The notes under the pieces: generated by a model
Seen by the model: the letters and a program-made list of their open reading frames with translations, nothing else
Databases searched by the model: none
Told to the model about the DNA's origin: nothing
Source of the DNA: an uncultured Candidatus Saccharibacteria bacterium
GTDB lineage: Bacteria; Patescibacteriota; Doudnabacteria; UBA920; O2-02-FULL-48-8
DNA length: 64,000 nt
Reading direction: 5' to 3'
Assembly (NCBI GenBank): GCA_964605735.1
Contig: CAZSDS010000001.1
Coordinates: 639,157-703,156 of the forward strand
Position numbers and translations under genes: made by a program
Shown here: one piece after another, positions 8,424 through 17,082 of the stretch
Layout of the letters: each line of letters opens with the position of its first letter
How positions within the stretch are numbered: the stretch's first letter is position 1

Positions 8424-9431
8424 ATGATAGACCAACAAGACAGCTCTCCTAATTCAGCGGCAAGAACACCTTGGTATAAGACTAGGTACTTTTTGCTCGG
8501 CGCTCTGTCCTTAATCCTGATTTCAATAGTTTTCATTGTCAGCAAAAAAAGCGGATCTACGGTAAAAGATGTTACGAACAATGAACAGTCCACACAGGAG
8601 ACACCTGTAAACCAAGAACAAAGCAATGATGAAACTGCTCGGTTACTAGAAGAGCACGCTGAACAGAGGAGAAAGATGATAGCAGATGCAGTCGCTGTGC
8701 TTCATGCAGAGAACCTCAAACTTAATGATACTCTATTGAAATCATACCCAAACCTACCTCCCCCTCAAGAAGACAACACATCAATCGAGGTGTACAAAAA
8801 AATAGTTAAATCACATTCTGGAAATTATGAATTGTATACGAGAATTACTTACAGCAAACTCACAGACGAAATAAATGACTACGCCGGTGAATTAGGCACA
8901 AAAGCAACCAACTATTTTGAATGCAACAAGCTTTCAAAGAGCTGCGAAGCAAGCACGATAGTAGATAAAGCAGTCAAAATCGGGGTTCCAGGATACTATC
9001 CTGAAATAGGTTTTTGCTTTCTCTCCTGGGACGCTGAAAAACAGCGCATGTTCTCAGGTGAGTGCGGAGCGCCTGAAGTCAGACCCGCATCGCAATTCAA
9101 CTACGGTGAAAACAAGTATTTCCAGTTCAGCGTTGGAGGGAGCCAGTACGGATATCTTGGGATAGATAAACAGCTTTCGAGAATAGCAATGGCAGGGTCA
9201 GTTGATCAAGAATCAAAATATCCTCGGTATACAAACATGGTAGTCATATACAATACTGACAACCCATCGGTCCCAGAAAAGATCATAAGGCTGGATAAAT
9301 ATATTGACTTCGATAATAAAAACAATACCGAATTCGAATTCAGTTGGAGATTAGATGGCGCAGCATTACTCAACCTACAAGGAAAATTTTATACTCTTGA
9401 CCCTGTATCAGGTGAAATAAAACCACAATAG
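8424..9431 (+). CDS. Hypothetical single-pass membrane protein with a Cys-containing extracellular domain
   Basis: TM helix FLLGALSLILISIVFIV near the N-terminus; four Cys in the C-terminal domain; about 38% GC; no Shine-Dalgarno. Confidence 0.45.
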   Translation: MIDQQDSSPNSAARTPWYKTRYFLLGALSLILISIVFIVSKKSGSTVKDVTNNEQSTQETPVNQEQSNDETARLLEEHAEQRRKMIADAVAVLHAENLKLNDTLLKSYPNLPPPQEDNTSIEVYKKIVKSHSGNYELYTRITYSKLTDEINDYAGELGTKATNYFECNKLSKSCEASTIVDKAVKIGVPGYYPEIGFCFLSWDAEKQRMFSGECGAPEVRPASQFNYGENKYFQFSVGGSQYGYLGIDKQLSRIAMAGSVDQESKYPRYTNMVVIYNTDNPSVPEKIIRLDKYIDFDNKNNTEFEFSWRLDGAALLNLQGKFYTLDPVSGEIKPQ

Positions 9432-9454
9432 AGCATGTGTGCTTTCCAATAAAA

Positions 9455-9477
9455 AACCACACTAGTGTGGGTTTTTT
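9455..9477. terminator. Weak bidirectional hairpin between convergent genes
   Basis: A6, then ccaca-ctag-tgtgg, then T6. Confidence 0.35.
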
Positions 9478-9488
9478 ATTTGTTAGGA

Positions 9489-9749
9489 TTACTTCTTTAT
9501 CACAACTATCGAGTACTCAGAGGCAAGTGCGGCCAGTGCGCCAATAGCTGCCAAAACAGGAGCTAATACCGTACCCACCACCGCAAAGGTTAGTGGAATC
9601 TCCATCAACACTTCGTCCTTGTCGTTTTTAATGATGATCCGGCGGGCGTTCCCCTCTTTGATGACTTCTTTGATCTTTTTAAGAATATCATCCCCGGATA
9701 CTTTGTACTCTTCCTTGGGTGAATCTTGGGATTTATCTTGCTGTTCCAT
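9489..9749 (-). CDS. DUF4342-family small protein
   Basis: Pattern ...IKEVIKEGNARRIIIKNDKDEVLMEIPLTFAVVGTVLAPVLAAIGALAAL...IVV is typical of DUF4342, recalled from memory. Confidence 0.5.
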   Translation of the reverse strand: MEQQDKSQDSPKEEYKVSGDDILKKIKEVIKEGNARRIIIKNDKDEVLMEIPLTFAVVGTVLAPVLAAIGALAALASEYSIVVIKK

Positions 9750-9812
9750 ATTTGAGAATTAATGACTCTCTTATTAAACTATAAAACAAAACCAGAGTAA
9801 ATTGGATTATTC

Positions 9813-11999
9813 TTACGCAACTGAACAATAACTTACCACTTGATAGTTAATCATAACCTCCTTAAACACCTGACCCTTAACGCGCACTCTTTTCTTTACA
9901 ACCCCTTTCCCTGATTTTCTGATCACATAGTAAACAAAATAAATGCTTGAAGTCCAGGCGAAAACGGAGAGCGCAACACCAGTCCTTGGTAACGGCGGTT
10001 CAGATGTCTCAGCAGGCGGAGTTGTTGCAGACTCAGACGGTGGTTCAGAAGATGTCGGTTCTTCCGGGATTTCAGGCGGGTCATCCACTGGGGGTTCATC
10101 AACAGGAGGAGCCGGTGGTGGTGGAGCACCTCCACCCCCCCCTCCGCCTCCACCCCCACCGCTCGGCGGAGGTGTATTGACGGTTACAGAAACTGTGTCC
10201 GAATCATTAGAGGGATCTGTGTCATCCGGAGTGGTTTTGGTAGCAGTGTTGTCAAAAGTGTCACCTGCCGTGCCGTCGTTTACAGTCACAGTCAGTTCAA
10301 GCGTGGCAAACTCACCGTTATTTAAGTCTCCTACAACCCAAACCCCCGTAGCATCATCATACGAACCCTGACTTGCCACATCCGAGACATACGTCACTTC
10401 CGCCGGCAAAACATCTTCCACTTCAATGCCAGTGGCGTCATCAGGCCCATTGTTGGTGATGGTTACTGTATAGACGATTGTATCTTCTTCATCAGGTGTT
10501 GCGTCATCAACCTCCTTTTCAACAGCCAGGTCAAATGCAGCCGGAGCCGCATCCTCATACCCCAATACAACAAAAGGACATGACGAAGACGGGCCGAACA
10601 TTGTATAATCACCAAACTCCATGTTTGCACCTTCATTAAACATAAAAACATCAAAGGATGGTGATAGAGCTTCTGTAGTTAAATCCACTTGAGCAAACCG
10701 CGCTTGCGTGTCAAAACCATTGATGTTCACAAAGAACCACACGGCAACCGTATTTGAAGAAGTACTACTCGAATGCGCAAGATGGTTTACTCTGTAAGGA
10801 TATGGATAATCAACGCTGTTGAGCAGTGTTCCGTCTGAGGCAATATGAATAATGTGGTCTTCGAACGCCGAAAAATCATACCACCAAGTCACCAGCGAAT
10901 CGTCAGGCAAAACAATAATTTCACCGGGGTGCAAATTGAAATTGAGCGCAATATCATCCAGAGCCGTATCTAATCCAGGTACAGTATATAGAACCGTAGT
11001 AGTGTCAGTTGCAACATCATACTTTTTAATTTCTGCTGAATCTAGTTCGGACCAATAGAATGACCCGCCGTCGCGGGAAACAGCAATAGCAGTCGCATAG
11101 CCACCAGCGCTAAACGGGATTGTCGCCACTGGGCCGCTAAGTACCCCAGCGCTTGTAACTTTATATGTTTCGCCCCAATTCAAAGCCCCAAAACCCCCGC
11201 CGTTGGTTACATAAAAATCAGTCCCGTCATTGTAAATCAAAGGGAAGCCGCTCAAAGCCGGCGCATTGGGCGTGATAGTGGAAACATGACTAAGATTTGG
11301 GTCAAACAGGATAACTGAGTTAGCCGCATATTTCGCAAAACGGTCATGAAACAATGAATACCCATTCGGTAAAGCATTTCCAATTTCACCTGTAGGTATA
11401 TCCGGATAGAATCCCACCAACGTCCCATCAGGCTGCCATACGGTTGCAGGCAAATTAGAAGTATCGTCATCAGGAACCAGGTAAGACCCCTGAGGAATAG
11501 GGGTAACATTTACCGGGGCAACATCAAAATCCATCTGGATATCAACGGTCGCCGGCCCACCTCCCCAATCCATCACCAGTTTTATATAATATGTACCTGG
11601 TGTTAAGTGCACCCACCAAGCACTGCTGTAGTCAGCAGTAAAACTTTTGACCAAAGTAGTCCCATCATCCTGATATATTTGGCTCAACAAACTTCCGGAT
11701 TGCCAATGATGATCTGTGCTTCCACCTAAAACAATTTCCTCAGCCGTAATAAATCTGAACCAGAATTCTTCGTTCACATTGAATTCCGCCTGCGTAACCA
11801 ATCGTGAAAATGGCGTGGAATCTATATCTACAAAAGTTGCCGGCGGGGCTGCCTTAACTTCAGTGGGTAAGGAAAAAGGCAAAATAAAAGAGCTGGTTAT
11901 CATCAATAATGTGACAACAGCAACTATTTTGGAGCTCCGCGGGGTACTTTTCCTGCGGAACACAATAGATTGGCCTTCAAAGACCATCTCCTTATTCAT
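9813..11999 (-). CDS. Large cell-surface protein with a signal peptide, a DUF11 conserved-repeat domain, a poly-Gly/Pro linker and a C-terminal LPXTG-like (LPRTG) sorting signal
   Basis: Signal peptide ending ...PTEVKA; DUF11-like TVTITNNGPDDATGIEVEDVLPAEVTYVSD...ELTVTVN; G11 followed by APPPPAPP; LPRTG, 19 hydrophobic residues, then RKSGKG. Confidence 0.65.
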   Translation of the reverse strand: MNKEMVFEGQSIVFRRKSTPRSSKIVAVVTLLMITSSFILPFSLPTEVKAAPPATFVDIDSTPFSRLVTQAEFNVNEEFWFRFITAEEIVLGGSTDHHWQSGSLLSQIYQDDGTTLVKSFTADYSSAWWVHLTPGTYYIKLVMDWGGGPATVDIQMDFDVAPVNVTPIPQGSYLVPDDDTSNLPATVWQPDGTLVGFYPDIPTGEIGNALPNGYSLFHDRFAKYAANSVILFDPNLSHVSTITPNAPALSGFPLIYNDGTDFYVTNGGGFGALNWGETYKVTSAGVLSGPVATIPFSAGGYATAIAVSRDGGSFYWSELDSAEIKKYDVATDTTTVLYTVPGLDTALDDIALNFNLHPGEIIVLPDDSLVTWWYDFSAFEDHIIHIASDGTLLNSVDYPYPYRVNHLAHSSSTSSNTVAVWFFVNINGFDTQARFAQVDLTTEALSPSFDVFMFNEGANMEFGDYTMFGPSSSCPFVVLGYEDAAPAAFDLAVEKEVDDATPDEEDTIVYTVTITNNGPDDATGIEVEDVLPAEVTYVSDVASQGSYDDATGVWVVGDLNNGEFATLELTVTVNDGTAGDTFDNTATKTTPDDTDPSNDSDTVSVTVNTPPPSGGGGGGGGGGGAPPPPAPPVDEPPVDDPPEIPEEPTSSEPPSESATTPPAETSEPPLPRTGVALSVFAWTSSIYFVYYVIRKSGKGVVKKRVRVKGQVFKEVMINYQVVSYCSVA

Positions 12000-12166
12000 T
12001 TGTTTTTTTGTTTCAGATTTTTGTGAACCTTACATACGTAATTATAACACACTTGAAGAAAAAAATCAACTAGCGCTGCCCCTCTATTCTTTTACTGTTC
12101 ACTTTGCTGCTTTACGGTGTAACTACCATAAATTACAATGGTTGTATAAAAAATTATTAACGATAT

Positions 12167-12664
12167 ATGAGCAACATCATTACAAAAGAGTATTTACGAG
12201 AACTTGAGGCTGAAGCGCCTGCTTCCAGGAAGTGTCTGGAAAAAATTCCTATCGAACTTATGGACTATACGCCGCATGAGAAATCCATGAAAATGGGAGG
12301 TCTGGTGGTTATGACTGCGGACATGCCAAGGTGGGTAGCAAAAATGGTCACTGACAAAGTCATCGACTTTGGCACCTACCCGCAGTTCTCGCCGAAAACA
12401 ACAGAAGATTTGATTAGCCACCTGGACTTGGCAATGAACGAAGCAAGATCCGCTCTAAACAACATATCAGATGAAGATTTGGAACAAACCTTTGAACTTA
12501 AGAACAGCGGACAACTCCTCTGGAGCATTTCTTTGGGTGAAGGAATCAGCAATACCATCAATCACTGGGTGCACCACAGAGGCCAGCTCTCGGTTTACAT
12601 GAGAATGAATAATTTACCGGTTCCATCTCTTTACGGTCCATCAGCAGACGAGCAAACATTTTAA
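12167..12664 (+). CDS. DinB/YfiT-like (DinB_2 superfamily) metal-dependent protein
   Basis: 165 aa; HWVHHRGQL near the C-terminus and the overall helical-bundle pattern are typical of the DinB family. Confidence 0.55.
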   Translation: MSNIITKEYLRELEAEAPASRKCLEKIPIELMDYTPHEKSMKMGGLVVMTADMPRWVAKMVTDKVIDFGTYPQFSPKTTEDLISHLDLAMNEARSALNNISDEDLEQTFELKNSGQLLWSISLGEGISNTINHWVHHRGQLSVYMRMNNLPVPSLYGPSADEQTF

Positions 12665-12724
12665 TCCTGAACACTCAACTTAAAAACATTAGCAACCGCT
12701 GATGTTTTTTGTTATGATTGGATT

Positions 12725-13381
12725 ATGAAACCAATTAACTTTACTTTCAAAAGCGAAACGGTGCCCTGGCTTATCTTGCTGGCAAGTTTCGCTTCAGGCA
12801 TATATTTTTATTCCCAATTTCCTGACACTGTGGTGAGCCACTGGAACTTTGAAGGAGAGCCGGATGGATACACAGGAAAATTCTGGGGAGCATTCTTGGG
12901 CCCAGTAGTTCTGTTTGGCATGTATTTGCTTTTCCTTACCCTCCCCTACCTTGATCCAAAAAAGGAAAACTATAAAGACTTTCAAACTTTGTACCTCTAC
13001 TTCCGAAACATGATTATGGCTGTCATGTTGGCCATCTTTGCGCTTGTAGGTTTCTACAATCTTGGATACGAAGTCAACATCAGCACCGCAATTCCAATCA
13101 TTATCGGATTAATGTTTATTGTCATGGGCAGACACCTTGGTAAAATAAAAAGCAATTGGTTTGTGGGAGTACGAACCCCCTGGACTCTTTCCTCTGAAGT
13201 GGTCTGGGAAAAAACGCACGCCTTTGCTGGCAAATGCCTTGTGGCTTTCGGCGCAATCATGGTAGCCATGCCCTTCCTGACCAAAACCCTGAGTTTTATT
13301 TTATTCTTCCTTGGAATAGCGCTTCTGGTTTTTGGCACCTTTGTTTATTCATATATCGCCTACCGCAAAATAAAACAGTAG
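12725..13381 (+). CDS. SdpI/YhfL-family membrane protein (immunity-protein family; DUF1648 + SdpI)
   Basis: Multi-TM protein. FVGVRTPWTLSSEVVWEKTHAFAG matches the SdpI-family core motif (GIRTPWTL...W.KTH). Confidence 0.55.
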   Translation: MKPINFTFKSETVPWLILLASFASGIYFYSQFPDTVVSHWNFEGEPDGYTGKFWGAFLGPVVLFGMYLLFLTLPYLDPKKENYKDFQTLYLYFRNMIMAVMLAIFALVGFYNLGYEVNISTAIPIIIGLMFIVMGRHLGKIKSNWFVGVRTPWTLSSEVVWEKTHAFAGKCLVAFGAIMVAMPFLTKTLSFILFFLGIALLVFGTFVYSYIAYRKIKQ

Positions 13382-13420
13382 GCGCACCGTCAAACTATAA
13401 ACGAATTCCTATAATAAAAG

Positions 13421-13456
13421 CCGCATTAGCTTTTCAGCGAATGCGGTTGTTTTTTC
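13421..13456 (+). terminator. Intrinsic terminator
   Basis: ccgcatt...aatgcgg stem followed by a T-rich run. Confidence 0.5.
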
Positions 13457-13551
13457 ACGATGGACTTTGAATGCAGCAAAAAACCAGCAACTCACCAACA
13501 CCAGATGTTTATCTTTGATATAATAAGAAAAACTAAATAAGATAAAATTAA

Positions 13552-14532
13552 ATGACATTATTTGTTCATATCTGCTTGTTTTTCTTGTCTGCTGGAATAA
13601 TCTGGTATTTTGCGGGATTAGTCGTTGATTCAATAGATAAAGTAGCAAAGCGCTTTCACCAAACTGGATTCACTGTAGCTTTTTTTGTGTTGGGCTGGCT
13701 CACTTCCCTAAGCGAGCTTTCGGTCATGGTCAACTCCAGCATCCAAAAAACCCCGCAGATCTCAGCAGGCAATCTTGCTGGAGCGTCGTTCGTCATACTG
13801 CTTTTTATAGTGCCGCTCCTGGCCATTATGAGCAACGGCATCCAGCTGAGAAAAACTCTGTCCAGGAGATACCTGGCAAGTTCGTTTCTGGCCATTTGTC
13901 TGCCAAACCTGTTTATGCTGGATGGCAACGTCACCAAACGCGAAGGGCTTCTGATTCTCCTGGTTTACGGCACCCTGATTTATTTCATTGGAAAACACAG
14001 GCCAAAACAGACGGTTCCCAAGATTGTAGACCAGGTCCAGGACGAGCTTCTTAACAAAGAAAAGGCAACCACCGGGGACATGGTGAAAATTGTCGTTGGC
14101 GCTCTGTTTATTTTTCTGGCCGGCCATTTGCTTGTGGTGGAAACAGAATTTATCTCAAATGCCATCAATGTGCCCAGTTCCATCATAGGGCTTATCCTGC
14201 TTTCCGTCGGCACAAACGTCCCTGAACTCGTGGTCGGGATCCGATCAGTCCTCAAAAAACACAAAGACATTGCCTTTGGCAATTACCTGGGATCGGCCTT
14301 AAACAATGCGCCGACATTCGGTTTGCTGGCGCTGATAAACGGCACTTTTGCTGTTGAATCCTCCGAGTTTTTGGCCACAGGAATTTTACTGGCAACCGGA
14401 CTTATCGCTTTCTATTATTTCGCAAAATCCAAAAACAACATAAGCAGAGAGGAAGGATACGCGCTTATCGCATTTTACGGCGTATTCTTCATTCTCCAGG
14501 TGATCAATATAATCCGGTTTGCAACCAGCTAA
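13552..14532 (+). CDS. Ca2+/cation antiporter (CaCA / YrbG-like sodium-calcium exchanger family)
   Basis: Two alpha-repeat regions with a GTNVPELVVG / GxSxPE-like signature; about 10 TM helices. Confidence 0.6.
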   Translation: MTLFVHICLFFLSAGIIWYFAGLVVDSIDKVAKRFHQTGFTVAFFVLGWLTSLSELSVMVNSSIQKTPQISAGNLAGASFVILLFIVPLLAIMSNGIQLRKTLSRRYLASSFLAICLPNLFMLDGNVTKREGLLILLVYGTLIYFIGKHRPKQTVPKIVDQVQDELLNKEKATTGDMVKIVVGALFIFLAGHLLVVETEFISNAINVPSSIIGLILLSVGTNVPELVVGIRSVLKKHKDIAFGNYLGSALNNAPTFGLLALINGTFAVESSEFLATGILLATGLIAFYYFAKSKNNISREEGYALIAFYGVFFILQVINIIRFATS

Positions 14533-14658
14533 GACATAAAGCAACCTGACTCCCTGCCGCCAACAAATTTTGTAATTTTATACACTATGAAAAGAGCAAT
14601 CCTGCAGGTATAGTGTTGCCATAGTTTTAAACAAACAATTAATTATTAACCAAAATAT

Positions 14659-14952
14659 ATGATCCTTGTACAAGACATTTTTGTCTGCAAGCCGGGTAAT
14701 GCCTCCAAGCTGGCCAAATTATTCAAAGAAGTAATGGCCGCATTCCCTGAGACCAAATATATATTGACCGACTATACCGGCCAATGGCACCGTGTCATCA
14801 TGATCTCTGAATTTGAAAGCCTGGCCGCTTACGAGCAAAGCTGGGAGAAAATGAAAAACCCGACTCCGGAGATGAAAGAAATGGATGAAAAAATGAAAGG
14901 AATGAATGATATGTATGTGTCCGGAAGCAGGGAAATTTATCGGGTAATGTAA
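14659..14952 (+). CDS. Hypothetical small protein (possibly dimeric alpha/beta-barrel-like)
   Basis: 97-aa ORF with no Shine-Dalgarno; fold assignment is a guess. Confidence 0.35.
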   Translation: MILVQDIFVCKPGNASKLAKLFKEVMAAFPETKYILTDYTGQWHRVIMISEFESLAAYEQSWEKMKNPTPEMKEMDEKMKGMNDMYVSGSREIYRVM

Positions 14953-14976
14953 GCAGTCAAATGACTGCTTTTTTCT
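14953..14976 (+). terminator. Intrinsic terminator
   Basis: gcagtca-aa-tgactgc followed by T6. Confidence 0.6.
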
Positions 14977-14993
14977 TGGGCTATAATATCTTC

Positions 14994-15317
14994 ATGAAGA
15001 AAAAAACCGGAATCAAAAAAGGAACAAAGCAGATTTACTTTGTTTACTTTCTGCAGTGCGCTGACAAATCCATCTACTGCGGAATCGCCAAGAATATTGA
15101 GAAACGAACAGCCCAGCATAATGCGGGTAAGGGATCAGCCTATGTCCGGTCAAGAGGAGGCGGAAAAATAATCTATCAGGAAACACAAAACAGCCTAAGC
15201 CTGGCACTTAAGCGAGAATCACAACTAAAAAAATTGGACCGGCCCAGCAAACTGTTTTTAATAAAAAGTTTTAGTAAATCAGGTAAAAAGCGACTCCCAA
15301 ACCAGCGGCAATTCTGA
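14994..15317 (+). CDS. GIY-YIG nuclease-domain protein (UPF0213/YhbQ-like)
   Basis: IYFVYFLQCADKSIYCGIAKNIEKRTAQHNAGKG is the GIY-YIG core. TATAAT ends about 6 nt before the ATG, so the transcript is probably leaderless. The 3' end overlaps the convergent gene by about 47 nt. Confidence 0.6.
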   Translation: MKKKTGIKKGTKQIYFVYFLQCADKSIYCGIAKNIEKRTAQHNAGKGSAYVRSRGGGKIIYQETQNSLSLALKRESQLKKLDRPSKLFLIKSFSKSGKKRLPNQRQF

Positions 15318-15939
15318 AGTAAGAAAAAATTCCTAGATTGTTGGTTTTGAGATATTTTTCCAGGGCTGAGATTGTGATATTGATAAACACCCCGCCGATC
15401 AGCACTATAATCAGGACATCCAAATACTCTGACAGCTCGGCCTGATACATTGATTGGTCGTAATAGATTTTGAAAAGTGCGGCCAGCACCGCTGGGATAC
15501 TCAGCAGGAAGGCCAGTTTGGCGAAGGTCATTCGCTCCCTGCCCGCATGCCACGGCACCATATTCAATGACGGATGGAACAATCCCCCAACCACTCCAAG
15601 CGCAGAGAAAGCCAGGTCATACCCTTCGCGCGTTTTCAAATGCCTGATCTGCCCCAGAAAATATCCGAGACCTGCGGCCGCAACCGCAAAACCCAGGTAT
15701 ACGCAAGCCAGCCATATGAGTTTGACTATCAACTCCTGTTCTGAAGCCATAATCGAGTACAAGAGCAAAGGCATGGTGGCTATGGTCAGGGCAGTGCCTA
15801 CATAGTGGTCAGAGTCCCTTATTACATAGTGGAGTTTTTGTTTCAATACCCTGCGCATAATATGCAATACTCCCCTCACCACTTCATCAAATTGGTAGAC
15901 TAGAACCAGTAATATCGAGAACAGGAGTATTTTTGCCAT
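15271..15939 (-). CDS. Polytopic membrane protein distantly resembling undecaprenyl-diphosphatase (UppP/BacA) but with degenerate catalytic motifs
   Basis: GRERMTFAKLAFLLSIP resembles SRxAAxEFSFLLAxP, and FSALGVVGG resembles FSRSGATISGG but lacks the R and S. No EFLPxSSxGH motif. Assignment is weak. The track start at 15969 has an alternative at 15939. Confidence 0.3.
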   Translation of the reverse strand: MAKILLFSILLVLVYQFDEVVRGVLHIMRRVLKQKLHYVIRDSDHYVGTALTIATMPLLLYSIMASEQELIVKLIWLACVYLGFAVAAAGLGYFLGQIRHLKTREGYDLAFSALGVVGGLFHPSLNMVPWHAGRERMTFAKLAFLLSIPAVLAALFKIYYDQSMYQAELSEYLDVLIIVLIGGVFINITISALEKYLKTNNLGIFSYFRIAAGLGVAFYLIY

Positions 15940-16028
15940 ATATCTTGCTTTAAGCCTGGCAGTATACACCCAAACGCCGCCAAAGTCAAGGCTTTTTTTA
16001 TTCGCGGCAAAAAGCTATAATTCAGGTT

Positions 16029-17039
16029 ATGAAAAAAGCCAAAACAATTTTAGCCATTGAAACCAGTTGTGACGAAACCGCGGCCGCGGTTATTCATGGC
16101 GGGAAAATCATTTCCAACGTGATTGCATCCCAAGCTGAGCTTCACAACAAGTACGGCGGCGTGGTCCCGGAAGTTGCCGCCCGCGAACACGTCCCAACAA
16201 TCATCCCAACCATTGATTTGGCATTGAAAGAGGCCAAAACAAAACTGGCCGATATCGACGTAATTTCTGTGACGAAAGGCCCGGGTTTGTCCATTGCCCT
16301 GCATACCGGAATTGATGCGGCAAAATCTTTGGCTCTTGCGCTGAACAAACCGTTGCTTCCTGTTAATCATATGGAAGCGCATATTTATGCAAACTTTGTG
16401 GAACCGGAAATTGACTTCCCTGCCCTGGTTCTGATTGTTTCCGGAGGGCATACCCAGCTAGTGCTGATGAAGGGGCACGGCCAGTTTAAAATTTTGGGAG
16501 AAACGGTTGACGATGCCGCGGGCGAAGCTTTTGACAAAACAGCAAAACTTATAGGGTTAGGTTATCCTGGCGGACCAAGAATCAGTAAACTTGCGGAAAA
16601 CGGAAATCCTGATGCGTTTAAATTTCCCCGTCCCATGCTCAACTCAAAAGACCTAAACTTCAGTTTTTCAGGATTGAAAACAGCAGTGCTTTACGAAATC
16701 CAAAAGCTCAAAAAAATGGATAAAAAAACCAAACAAAATTTGGCTGCGTCTTTGCAGGCTGCGATAGTCGAAACTCTGATTGGCAAAACAGAGCAAGCGC
16801 TTTTAAAACACAAGCCAAAAACAATCATGCTTGGAGGCGGCGTTGCGGCAAACAAAAAACTTCGCGAGGCGTTTATCGCCCTGGCAGAAAAACACTATCT
16901 GAATTACTCCATTCCGCCGCTGATTTACTGCACTGACAATGCGGCCATGATCGGGCTTGCGGCGCATTACAGGATTAAATCCGGGAAGGCAAACTACTCT
17001 ATGAAATTCAGCGCCCAACCAAACCTGGAGTTGAAATAA
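16029..17039 (+). CDS. tsaD: tRNA N6-adenosine threonylcarbamoyltransferase (Kae1/Gcp family)
   Basis: ILAIETSCDETAAAV...; SGGHTQL...; 336 aa. Confidence 0.9.
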   Translation: MKKAKTILAIETSCDETAAAVIHGGKIISNVIASQAELHNKYGGVVPEVAAREHVPTIIPTIDLALKEAKTKLADIDVISVTKGPGLSIALHTGIDAAKSLALALNKPLLPVNHMEAHIYANFVEPEIDFPALVLIVSGGHTQLVLMKGHGQFKILGETVDDAAGEAFDKTAKLIGLGYPGGPRISKLAENGNPDAFKFPRPMLNSKDLNFSFSGLKTAVLYEIQKLKKMDKKTKQNLAASLQAAIVETLIGKTEQALLKHKPKTIMLGGGVAANKKLREAFIALAEKHYLNYSIPPLIYCTDNAAMIGLAAHYRIKSGKANYSMKFSAQPNLELK

Positions 17040-17067
17040 AAAAAGCACTTCGGAAAACCAAAGTGCT
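17033..17067 (-). terminator. Terminator for the GGDEF gene
   Basis: agcactt-(10-nt loop)-aagtgct, then a T-run on the minus strand. Confidence 0.45.
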
Positions 17068-17082
17068 GAACCGAACACGTAA

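Noticed and set aside
9943-10371. 142-aa ORF with a poly-Pro/Gly tract.
   Set aside because: It is the antisense shadow of the poly-Gly/Pro linker of the surface protein.
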